A DNA stretch of 64,000 nucleotides from Trueperaceae bacterium (lineage in GTDB: Bacteria > Deinococcota > Deinococci > Deinococcales > Trueperaceae): contig OZ243913.1 of assembly GCA_965213705.1 (NCBI GenBank), forward strand, positions 192,001 through 256,000, read 5' to 3'. Shown in pieces: positions 1 through 13,952 of the stretch. The notes beneath the pieces are model-generated. The model searched no databases. It was not told the origin of the DNA and saw only the letters and a list, made by a program, of their open reading frames with translations. The first letter of the stretch is position 1. Every line of letters starts with the position of its first letter. The position numbers and the translations under genes are program-made.

Positions 1-607
1 TGAGTAATCTCGAGAGTCACCTTTAAGGCATCACCTTAAAAAGTTGCTCTGGCTTGCCAGTCACCAAACCTGTCTTTGAAGTTGACACTTATTTTCCCTC
101 CCACGGTTCCACAACCTTCTTCGGCACTTTCCGGCACGACGAGGCGCCTTTACATCGAGGTGCCTTTACATCACAGTTTGCCATAAGCCTTGGTGAACCC
201 GAGATGCTGTCCCCTTCGGCAGTACGGTAGTTACAACTATAGGCGAAGCCTCATCTTACGCCTAGGTATGCTCTACCCACCTTGAACAGTATTGAGTTAC
301 CGAGTACCCGCCGGTAAAAGGTTGCGCTTTGACCTTCAGGACGGCGGGCTCGAGCTTGAGCCGGCTTGCGACATTTCGGCCTAAAGGGCTCGGCATGTGC
401 GAGGGCTTGACATCAGCAAGCCGACGCGCCCATTCTTAGTCCGGCACCGGACACCTACGGAACTCCCAGCACCTCGCGCTACACGGCGCGAGGTGGTGGC
501 ACCGCCGAACGAGGTCGTCGGCGACGATTTCAAAAGCTTTGGGTTCGCTCGTTCACGATGCAGCTGTTTTTTCCGTCAATCCAGGAGGCTGGAAGTCTTG
601 GGGCAAC

Positions 608-1504
608 CTACCTCAGCACTGCCCCGAACAACCGTGGCAGGGAAAAGTCTTGGCGGAGCAAACCTGGCAGCTCGAGCGAGAAGCCGCCGGAAAGTTCTAG
701 GTCGAGCCCGCCACCCTGAGACAGTCCCGCCAGCTCTTGCACCAACGCGGTGCCCAAGTCGGCGGGCCGCAGCTCGAACGCCAAACTGAGCGCCGCGCTC
801 GAGAAAGCGGGGAGCGGCTGCGCGGTCACGCCCACCGAGGCGACCGGGCGACCCCCGAGTTGAAGGGTGAGGGCCGGCGCGCTGAACACGTAGCCCAACG
901 GCGTGGCGTTGTCCAGTTCGACGCCGACGGCGACGACGGCCCGGTGCAAACTCAGCTCGCGCAACCCGGACGCCTCGGGCAAGAACCGAAAGGTCGGCGC
1001 GCTCAGCGTGACGGCTTGTTGCAGCGTGCCCTCGGCTATCACCGTTTCGAAACGGCGCTCCACGCCGAACGCCTGCGCCGTCGCCGCGCCCTCCAGCCGG
1101 TAGGGCGTCGGCTCGCCCGCGACCAGGCGAGCCAAGTCGACGACTAAGTCCGGCGTCTTGTTCAGGTCGACCGTCACCTTCAGCTCGAGGGTTTCCGAAG
1201 CGTGCGGCGGCAGGTTTACGCCTTCGTTCGAGCGTGCCAGCGCCGCGGGCGTGCCGCCGACGGCCAAACCCACGTCTAGGTCGGACAAGGAGAGAGCGAA
1301 GCCGTTGGGGTTGCCGACCTCGACCACGAGCCCGAACACGGCCGTGCCCGAGCCCACGCCCGGCGGGTCGAGCCGTAGCAGGGTCAGGGTTTCGGGCAGC
1401 AGCCGAAACGTCGGTCGCTCGACCGCCTCAACTCGCGGAATGCAGCCCGGCAGCAAACCGAGGCCGACCACGACGAGCGCAAGGACAAGTAAGCGTCGGC
1501 TCAT
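608..1504 (-). CDS. Lipoprotein with two LEA_2/WHy-like domains
   Basis: Start moved to ATG 1504 (GAGG upstream). Signal peptide with lipobox LLPG-C. Two repeats of the V-x-N-P/A-x-x-x-x-L motif (VGNPNGFAL, LDNATPLGY) typical of LEA_2. Confidence 0.75.
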   Translation of the reverse strand: MSRRLLVLALVVVGLGLLPGCIPRVEAVERPTFRLLPETLTLLRLDPPGVGSGTAVFGLVVEVGNPNGFALSLSDLDVGLAVGGTPAALARSNEGVNLPPHASETLELKVTVDLNKTPDLVVDLARLVAGEPTPYRLEGAATAQAFGVERRFETVIAEGTLQQAVTLSAPTFRFLPEASGLRELSLHRAVVAVGVELDNATPLGYVFSAPALTLQLGGRPVASVGVTAQPLPAFSSAALSLAFELRPADLGTALVQELAGLSQGGGLDLELSGGFSLELPGLLRQDFSLPRLFGAVLR

Positions 1505-1991
1505 AAAAACCTCTTCCCACTCACTAGAGCGAAACTCTGCAGAAACACCCGCCCCGACTTGTAGCGCGTCGACGACAGCGTGACGGGCGACAGCGTGGCG
1601 GGCAGCCGAGACACACCCACGAAACCGAGCAGTCAGCTCGCTCAGCAGACCGAGCGGTAAATTCGCTCGGCGCAGCCAAAGTCGAGGCTCACAGTTTGGG
1701 GCCGTGAGCCTCGAGGGCTCAGCAAACGCTGCTTCCCCGGTGGTCTCCACGAGTTTAGATGACTCAGCCACGTCCTGGCTAGATGCAGACGGCCCTGCCC
1801 GGCGGGTACCGGGTTACCAGGCGTAGCCGTTTGAAGAGGTCCGAGGCGTGTCGACCTGTTCTCGAGCCTATCCAAGCCCCTTCGGCACGCGGCGCGGTGT
1901 CCTGTACGAAAAGTCAGCTCTCACCGGCCGCCGTGAGAGCTTGGTCGGCTCCGAAGCCGTGCTAAACTCCTCCGAGCAGCGGAGGTTGACC

Positions 1992-5084
<3,093 letters not shown>

Positions 5085-5088
5085 AGGC

Positions 5089-6828
5089 TCAGCGGCCTCT
5101 GTTGGTTTGAAACGTCATAGCGACTTCGGTGTCCGTCTCGGTCTCGGCGGCGGCGAACCCTTCGAGAGGAGTTGACTCGTCCTCGCCGCCCTGGAACCTG
5201 GCGGTGCGGCGGCTGGGTAAGTGAACGCGCAAGGACAGCGCGTATTCGGATAGTTTAAGAAGCGCGTCCGACACCTTGAAACGCAGGCAGAACTCGCCGC
5301 TGTCCACCTTGCTGACGAGGTGAAACGGCGCTTGGCCCAGCAAGTCCAGAACCTTGAGCGCGTCTTCGCGGCCGACCTCTTCGTCTAGCACGTCGTCGAG
5401 GACGAAGACGGCGGGCGCTTTGAGGGCGGCCAAGTGCTGCAACACCGCCGAAAAAGTACCGCGTTCGCGAACACGGTCTTGGACGCCGCGCTCGAAGCGG
5501 TCAAAGCCTTTTTCAAACAAACCGTCACGCTCGAAATGGCTTTCTAGGTCGACGGGGCCGACCGGCAGGACGCCCAGCACGTTTTCCAAACGGCCCAACG
5601 CGGTCCAGGACCAGAGCGAGGTGTGCGCGACGTCTGCAGGCGCTTCGTACGAGGTGAGGTCGAGGGCGTGGCCGAACAACGCCGCGTAGGTCGAACCCAC
5701 TTCGCGGCGGCGCGCCGACAGGGCGGTAAGGTCGGGCTTGACGCGTTCGGGCAGCACGTGAACGAGCACGCTGTAGTAGCGCCTGCCTAGGTCGGCGTGA
5801 GCGAGCAGTTGACCGTGCGCCAAGCCTTCGACCCGGTAACCGAGCGCGACCAGCAGGCTTTTCGCGCGCTTTTGCTGGGACAAGTCACCCGGCTCTTGCT
5901 CGGAGTTGAGGCCGGTGTCGCCGGGAAAAATAACGACGCGCGGGTACGGCGTCACGCTGGCACGTTTGGCCTTGCCGGTTTTGGTAGCGTCGCGCAGCCG
6001 GGCGAAAGGCGCCTCGAAGAAGGGTTTTGTCGCCGGAAGGTGCGGTTTCGGCTCCGCCGAGGCCGTTGCCGACTGGGCCGGGGAAGTTTCAGCCTCGAGC
6101 CTCAGGGGTTCTTTGTTCAAATTTCGAGTGTTCAAATTGCGAGTGTTCGAACCGTGAGGGTTCGGATTCCCGACATCTGAACTCTCAGCGTTCGGATTTT
6201 CAGCGCTCGGATTTTCAGCGCTCGAGGCTTCGTTGTCCGGAGTCTGTCTGCTCAAACCCTCTTTGCTCAAACCCTCTTTGCTCAAACCCTCTTTGTTCAA
6301 ACCCCCGCCTGCGGCTTCTTTACCGGAGGCGCCGACGGTGACGCCCTTGCCGGTTCCGGCGGACGTTTCCGCGGACGCCGCGACGTGCCAGCGTCCTTTT
6401 TTAAAAGTAAAGCGGTCGTCTTTGGCGACCGCGTCGGCGAGAGTGCGCGGCTCCAGGTCCGGGTACAGCGCCTGCATCTCGGCTTCGGACAGGGCGACGC
6501 GCTGCTCGGCGAATGCCTTGAGCGCGTCCGGGGCCGCGCGGTCGTAGGGTTTGCGGGCGTTCTTAAAAGGCGTGAACGCGTAGTGGCCGTCGTCTTGCAG
6601 ACGAATCAGCACGGCGTCGTTGACCTCCAGGTCGTGCAGCTTGAAAAAGCCGTCGACCCCGCCGACGACGCGCGGCGCGTCGACGTGCAGGGTGAACTCT
6701 TCATTTTGCCGGGTGTCCAAAACCTTAAAGCTGCCCTCGCTCGGGAACAGCTCCAACATGCTTTGCGGTAACGTGAGTTGGCCGTTGCGAAGGCAGTAGC
6801 GGGTCAGCGTGTACTTGTACTCAGGCAT
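5089..6828 (-). CDS. Hypothetical multidomain protein with low-complexity linker (possible DNA-binding / nuclease-like fold)
   Basis: 579-aa ORF with normal codon usage, globular N- and C-terminal parts and a 5-aa-repeat linker (EGLSK, SAENP, NTRNL). Confidence 0.8.
   Translation of the reverse strand: MPEYKYTLTRYCLRNGQLTLPQSMLELFPSEGSFKVLDTRQNEEFTLHVDAPRVVGGVDGFFKLHDLEVNDAVLIRLQDDGHYAFTPFKNARKPYDRAAPDALKAFAEQRVALSEAEMQALYPDLEPRTLADAVAKDDRFTFKKGRWHVAASAETSAGTGKGVTVGASGKEAAGGGLNKEGLSKEGLSKEGLSRQTPDNEASSAENPSAENPNAESSDVGNPNPHGSNTRNLNTRNLNKEPLRLEAETSPAQSATASAEPKPHLPATKPFFEAPFARLRDATKTGKAKRASVTPYPRVVIFPGDTGLNSEQEPGDLSQQKRAKSLLVALGYRVEGLAHGQLLAHADLGRRYYSVLVHVLPERVKPDLTALSARRREVGSTYAALFGHALDLTSYEAPADVAHTSLWSWTALGRLENVLGVLPVGPVDLESHFERDGLFEKGFDRFERGVQDRVRERGTFSAVLQHLAALKAPAVFVLDDVLDEEVGREDALKVLDLLGQAPFHLVSKVDSGEFCLRFKVSDALLKLSEYALSLRVHLPSRRTARFQGGEDESTPLEGFAAAETETDTEVAMTFQTNRGR
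6116..6303. repeat. Three in-frame 15-bp tandem arrays inside the CDS
   Basis: TTCAAATT(T/G)CGAGTG x2, TCAGCG(T/C)TCGGATTT x2.5, GCTCAAACCCTCTTT x3.5. Confidence 0.9.
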
Positions 6829-7264
6829 GGTCTATCCCCTTCGAAACACGTCGTAAAAGGCTATGCAGTTCTTTTTAAGCTCCTCAAAGCTCAGGGTTGT
6901 CGCTAGTTAACAGCTTGCTCGGTAGCTGGGTCCGAGTCTACCAGACCTCTTTACAAGATGTGTGAACACCTCTTGTACCCAAGCGGCGCGCCAAGACAAG
7001 GTATAGCACTGAAAAACCCGAAGCGTCCTACCTCCGGGGCCTCCTGTTCTTGGCTTGGGCGAGTATAAAACGCTTTTGTCCCCAACCTCAATAGGGTGTC
7101 ACGAGCACCGGCACGCCGAACCTGTGCAAGAACCGTTTTGTACCCCGGTTCGCCTCAAACTCAGGGGGCATTGAGTAAACTTGGGCGTTGTTGATAGAGG
7201 TTTCTCAAGCTCTGTGACGAGTTGCGCTGACAAAGCGGTTAAGTCGAGAAACTGGAAAGGACTT

Positions 7265-9309
7265 ATGAACCCTTTACTTTCACGCGAATTTGTTATTCCC
7301 TTCGACAAAATAGATGCGGTATCCGTCGAGAGGGGCGTCGACACGGCGCTGGCGCAGGCTCGAGCCGATTTAGCTGCGCTGCTCACCGACGACCGCCCCC
7401 CCACCTACGCCACGACCCTGCAAGCCTTAGACGACCTCACCGAGCGTTTGGGGCGCGCCATGACCCTCGCTTATCACCTCGTCTCGGTCACCACGACGCC
7501 CCCGTTGCGCGCCGCCTTCAACGCCGCGCTGCCTGCCTACTCGGCATTTTTTGCGCAGTTGCCGCTGAACGAACAGCTGTGGCAACTCCTCAAAACCTAC
7601 GCCGACACGCCCGAGGCGAAGGCGTTGCAGGGCGTCAAAAAGCGCCACCTGGACAAAACCTTACAAGAGTTCAGGCGTGCCGGGGCCGACCTGGACCCCG
7701 ACGCCAAAGCGCGGGTCGAACAGGTTCAGGTCGAACTGAGCCGACTGCAGACGAAATTCTCCGAAAACGTCCTCGACGCGACCAACGCCTACGAACTCGT
7801 CGTCACCGACGAAACGCGCCTGAGCGGTCTGCCCGACTCGGTCAAGGCGCAGGCCAAAGCCGACGCGGCGGCCAAGAACAAAGAGGGCTGGCGCTTTACC
7901 CTGCAAGCGCCGTCCTACACGCCGTTTATGAAGTTCGCCGACGCCAGAGACCTGCGCCGCGAACTGTACGAGGCCTTTGTCAGCCGCGCCAGCACCGGCG
8001 ACCTGGACAACCGCCCGAACATCGACAAGATTTTAGCGTTGCGCAAAGAACTCGCTACCTTGCTCGGCTACCGCGACTTCGCCGACTACCGTTTGGAAAC
8101 CAACATGGTGAAGTCGGGCGACGCCGCGCTGGCTTTCGAGCGAGACCTGTTCGACAAGACTTTAGAGCACTGGCAGCAAGAAAAAGACGCGCTCACTGGT
8201 TTTGCCGCGACGCTGGGGTTGGACGACCTCCAACCCTACGACCTCGCCTACCTCACCGAAAAGCTGCGCAAGGCGCGGTACGACCTGGACGAGGAAGAGT
8301 TGCGGCCTTATTTTCCACTTCAACAAGTCCTGAGCGGCTTATTCGACATCGCTGGGCGGCTGTTCGGTGTGACCGTGAGCCGACGCGACAACGCCCAGGT
8401 GTGGCACGAGGACGTCGAGTTCTACGACCTCCACGACGAGGCGGGCACCCACCTGGGCTCGTTTTACGCCGACTGGTTCCCGCGCGAGAGCAAGCAGGGC
8501 GGCGCTTGGAAAAACGGCTTCATCATCGGCGGGCCGCTCGAGGACGGGTCCGACCCCCACGCTTTCGACCCTCACTTGGCGGTCATCGTCGCCAACTTTA
8601 CGCCGCCGCAAGAGGGTAAGCCCGCGCTGCTGACCCACCGCGAGGTGCAGACCATCTTCCACGAGTTCGGCCACCTGCTCCACCACGCGCTGTCCCGCGT
8701 CACGGTGCGCGCGCGCGGCGCGACCAACGTACCGCGCGACTGGGTCGAACTGCCCTCGCAGATTATGGAAAATTGGATTTGGGAACGCGACGCGCTGAAC
8801 CTGTTCGCGCGTCACTTTGAGACCGGCGAGCCCATCCCCGACGCGCTCTTTGCCAAGATGACCGCCGCCCAGACCTTTATGGAGGCGAGTGCGCAGGTGC
8901 GCCAACTGAGCTTGGGCACGATCGACCTGCTGCTCCACACGAGCTATAACCAAGAACGTGACGGTGACGTCGTCGCATTCGCCAACCGCACGATGGAGCC
9001 CTTTGTGCTGCGCCCCGAGTTCGCGCACAACAGCTTTTTGACCGCCTTCAGCCACGTGTTCGCGGGCGGTTACGCGGCGAGCTACTACAGCTACAAGTGG
9101 TCCGAAGTGCTGGACGCCGACGCTTTTTCACGCTTCAAGGCCGAGGGCATCTTCAACCGTGAAACGGGCCGCGACTACGCCGAGGCCGTCCTGTCGCGCG
9201 GCGACAGCGAGGACCCGGCCGAGTTGTTTCGCGAGTTCATGGGCCGCGACCCGGACGCCGCAGCCCTGATTGAACGCAACCTGGGACCGCTCGAAGGGGT
9301 GCCGAGCTG

Positions 9310-9310
<1 letters not shown>
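7265..9310 (+). CDS. prlC: Oligopeptidase A (M3A metallopeptidase)
   Basis: MNPLL start, FHEFGH zinc motif, DWVELPSQIMENW, GGYAASYYSYKWSEVLDADAF. Confidence 0.93.
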
Positions 9311-11136
<1,826 letters not shown>

Positions 11137-11160
11137 CTCGCCTGCAAAGTGGAACTGTAG

Positions 11161-11219
11161 GTAGTCAGAATTCAGTAGTCCGTCGTCAGCATCGTTCGAA
11201 CCTACTGAATTCTGGCTAC
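11161..11219. repeat. Long inverted repeat between convergent genes (possible bidirectional terminator)
   Basis: GTAGTCAGAATTCAGTAG ... CTACTGAATTCTGGCTAC, 18-bp arms with one mismatch. Confidence 0.65.
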
Positions 11220-11223
11220 TGCT

Positions 11224-11640
11224 TTATCCCTCGAGCGGCAACCTCAAGGTTTTCAAATCGGTGTGCTGGAAGTCGTCACCGACAAAAGCAAGCGTTTCAC
11301 CCGTAGCTTTGGCGAGCGCGTAGCTCATCACGTCGCCGTAGTTCAGGGCGGCGGGGTGGCCCTGGCCTTTGCCGTATAGAAGGTAAGCTTCGCGGGCTAT
11401 TCGGGCGTGTTTGACGGATAAGGGGACGACCTCTAGTTCCGCCTCGAGCACGAACTCGTCCACACGGCTCAGCGCTTCCGCCGGAGTTACGGTTTGGTCA
11501 CGCGACAGCACCGCTTGCACCTCGACAAGTGAAGCTGCTGAGATGAGCCGCGCTTTTTGTTGTTTGAGAAGGGTCAAACTCTCGAGCCAGCCCGCTTCTC
11601 GGAGCATGATTTGGATGACGACGCTGGTGTCGAAGACCAT
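11224..11640 (-). CDS. vapC: Type II TA toxin, PIN domain (VapC family)
   Basis: MVFDTS start, LNYGDVMSYALA, LAFVGDDF-HTD motifs. Confidence 0.92.
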   Translation of the reverse strand: MVFDTSVVIQIMLREAGWLESLTLLKQQKARLISAASLVEVQAVLSRDQTVTPAEALSRVDEFVLEAELEVVPLSVKHARIAREAYLLYGKGQGHPAALNYGDVMSYALAKATGETLAFVGDDFQHTDLKTLRLPLEG

Positions 11641-11892
11641 TCAGGGCATACCCAACAGATGTTCGATTTCTTCTTTGGTGGGGGCCTTACCGAGCGAGTC
11701 GGGGGGAAACATTGTGTGGATTTTGCGCTTTGTGAACTCAACCAAGCGCTCCAATTCCTTGTCTTCCTCCAAACTTCTACGGTAACTTTCCAGGGCTTCG
11801 ATGACGAGTTCGGTTTTTCCCTTGCCCGTGCGCTTGGTGAGGTCGTTTAAGAGTTCGACGGCGTGGTCATTCTTGATGCTGAACTGTTGCAT
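11641..11892 (-). CDS. vapB: Type II TA antitoxin (VapB, Rv0623-like)
   Basis: QFSIKNDHAVELLNDLTKRTGKGKTELVIEAL RHH-like N-terminus, abuts vapC, leaderless TATGCT-6nt-ATG. Confidence 0.85.
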   Translation of the reverse strand: MQQFSIKNDHAVELLNDLTKRTGKGKTELVIEALESYRRSLEEDKELERLVEFTKRKIHTMFPPDSLGKAPTKEEIEHLLGMP

Positions 11893-12102
11893 GGGGTCAG
11901 CATAGCACGGTTTGTACAAACTACAGAGATTTGTAGAAAACGGTTTGTCGACGAACGCAACCGAGAAACCTCAACCCTGTAACGGCACCCGACGGCCGCG
12001 GCGCGGTGAGATTTTTGTAAGAGGAAACTCGCTAGACTTTGAGCCGGAGGCAAAAACACTCGAGCGGGCCACGACCGCCCCCGAGTAGAAGGGCTCAGGG
12101 CT

Positions 12103-13686
12103 GTGACAACCCCCTACATCACCGACATCGTCCCACCCGACAGCGTCCCACCCGACAGCGTCGACGACGGTCGGCTTGCCGCGGCCGAAGCGCTGTTCGC
12201 AGCCTGCCGCTACGAGGCGGCGTTGGCAAGTTTGGAGGGGCTGCAAGAAATCGTCCACCGCGACCTTGACAAGTTCCGGCTTTACACACTCCTCGCCGAC
12301 TGCCACGCTCGCTTGGAACAACCTGCGGTGTCGCTCCGTTACGCCCTACAGGGCCTACGACACAGCCAGTCCTTGGACAACGCCAGCCGCGCCGAGGCGC
12401 ACTATCAGGTCGGCCGCGGCTACGGCATGATGAACGCCGAAACGAACGCCCTGGAGCACCTGCTCGCCGCGCACCGGCTCTACGCCTGCGACAACGGCAG
12501 AGTGCTCAACGGGATTGCCATTTGTCACAACCTGTTGGAGGAGTACGACCAAGCCGTAAGTTTTTACCAAAAAAGTCGCGAGGCCGCCCGCCGCGAAAAC
12601 CGTCTGGACGACGAACTGACGGCCACGGCCAACCTGAGCCGAACCTACTTTTTGCAGGACAAACTGCAAGAAGCCGCCGACGAAGCGCGTTTCGGCGTCG
12701 ACTTGGCGTTTGCAAGTCGACTAAGTCAACAGCGGTATCTTTGCTTGTGTCAGCTGTTGCAGGTTTACACGACGATGAGTCGCTTTGACGACGCGCGGGC
12801 TTGCCTCGAGCAAGCCATCGCCGCAGAAGCGTCGAAAGACGTCGTAAAAGCCCCTTTTTCGGAAGCCTACTACGGCGAGTATTGTCTCAAAATTCGAGAC
12901 CTCGAGCGCGCCGAAGCTCACCTGCTCAGGGCGCTCGAGCTGACCGTCGCCTACCCGGAAGACCTCATTCGGACCCACAAACTTTTGGCCCGGCTTTTTG
13001 AGTTGAAAGACGACTACAGCCGCGCCCTGAAACATCACAAAGAGGCGCACGGCTTAGAGGTCAAACGGCTCAAAGACGCGTTTTCAAGCCGCAGCGCCGC
13101 GCTCGTCATCGAACACGAGGTCGAACGCGTGCGCCAAGAGCAAGAACGCTACCGGCAGGTGAACTTGGCGCTGACCCGAGAAGTCGAAGGGCTTGCCGAA
13201 CTCAGCCGCCGCGACGCGTTGACCGGGCTGTACAACCGCCGTTTTTTGGACGCCTACCTCGCTCAGACCTGCACCAACGCCACCGCGCTCGGGCAGTCTT
13301 TGAGCGTGCTCGCCGTCGACATCGACAATTTCAAAACCATCAACGACACCTTCTCGCACGCGGTCGGCGACGCCGTGTTGAAACGCGTCGCCGAGCTGTT
13401 CACCGCCACTTTGCGCGCCAGCGACGTGGCGGCGCGTTACGGGGGCGAAGAGTTTATCATCGTCCTGGCCGACACAGGTGTTACCGTGGGGTTGCAAGTA
13501 GCTGAGAAAGTCCGCGCGGCGGTGAGCGAACACGTTTGGGCGCAGGTCGCGCCGGGCTTGAACGTGACCGTGAGTCTCGGGCTTGCCGGCGGCTCGGCTC
13601 ACTTAGTGCCCGAACACCTGTTGGCCCAGGCCGACGTCAAGCTCTACGAAGCGAAGCGGTCCGGCAGGAACCGCACGGTTCACTGA
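12103..13686 (+). CDS. TPR-repeat diguanylate cyclase
   Basis: TPR-like helices, coiled coil, DALTGLYNRR, DIDNFKTIND, RASD I-site, YGGEEF. Confidence 0.9.
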   Translation: MTTPYITDIVPPDSVPPDSVDDGRLAAAEALFAACRYEAALASLEGLQEIVHRDLDKFRLYTLLADCHARLEQPAVSLRYALQGLRHSQSLDNASRAEAHYQVGRGYGMMNAETNALEHLLAAHRLYACDNGRVLNGIAICHNLLEEYDQAVSFYQKSREAARRENRLDDELTATANLSRTYFLQDKLQEAADEARFGVDLAFASRLSQQRYLCLCQLLQVYTTMSRFDDARACLEQAIAAEASKDVVKAPFSEAYYGEYCLKIRDLERAEAHLLRALELTVAYPEDLIRTHKLLARLFELKDDYSRALKHHKEAHGLEVKRLKDAFSSRSAALVIEHEVERVRQEQERYRQVNLALTREVEGLAELSRRDALTGLYNRRFLDAYLAQTCTNATALGQSLSVLAVDIDNFKTINDTFSHAVGDAVLKRVAELFTATLRASDVAARYGGEEFIIVLADTGVTVGLQVAEKVRAAVSEHVWAQVAPGLNVTVSLGLAGGSAHLVPEHLLAQADVKLYEAKRSGRNRTVH

Positions 13687-13694
13687 GTTGCCGC

Positions 13695-13784
13695 GTACTG
13701 GGCAGCCACGTACCGAGCAGCCGCATACCGAACAGCCGCGTACCGGGCAGTGACGTACCGAACAGTGACGTTTTCGACAGTGGG
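13695..13784. repeat. Degenerate 15-bp tandem array (about 6 units), intergenic
   Basis: GTACTGGGCAGCCAC/GTACCGAGCAGCCGC/ATACCGAACAGCCGC/GTACCGGGCAGTGAC/GTACCGAACAGTGAC/GTTTTCGACAGTGGG. Confidence 0.85.
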
Positions 13785-13952
13785 GTTCCGAAGATTCTCG
13801 GTTTCAGGCCCTTGCGCCGTCAGATTTCTGTGACAGCTGCACATTTATACTCGGTTTATATTGAAGGTCTAGGAGAACCATGTCTAAGGCGTCTTCCCAA
13901 CCCAACTTTTGCGCCGTCCCAGGAAAAGGCTGACGTGTCGGGCGAACCCCTC

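Noticed and set aside
23..102. Short minus-strand ORF after a GGGAGGG RBS-like sequence
   Set aside because: Only about 21 codons, no recognisable motif, and its context is cut by the window edge.
13695..13784. Possible CRISPR array
   Set aside because: The 15-bp units are contiguous and degenerate with no spacers, and there are no cas genes in the window.
13536..13952. N-terminal extension of the PAS-GAF protein overlapping the upstream cyclase
   Set aside because: It runs through the tandem repeat and intergenic DNA; a downstream start is more plausible. The same applies to the extensions of carB, argC, HAD, folE and the LEA_2 gene.
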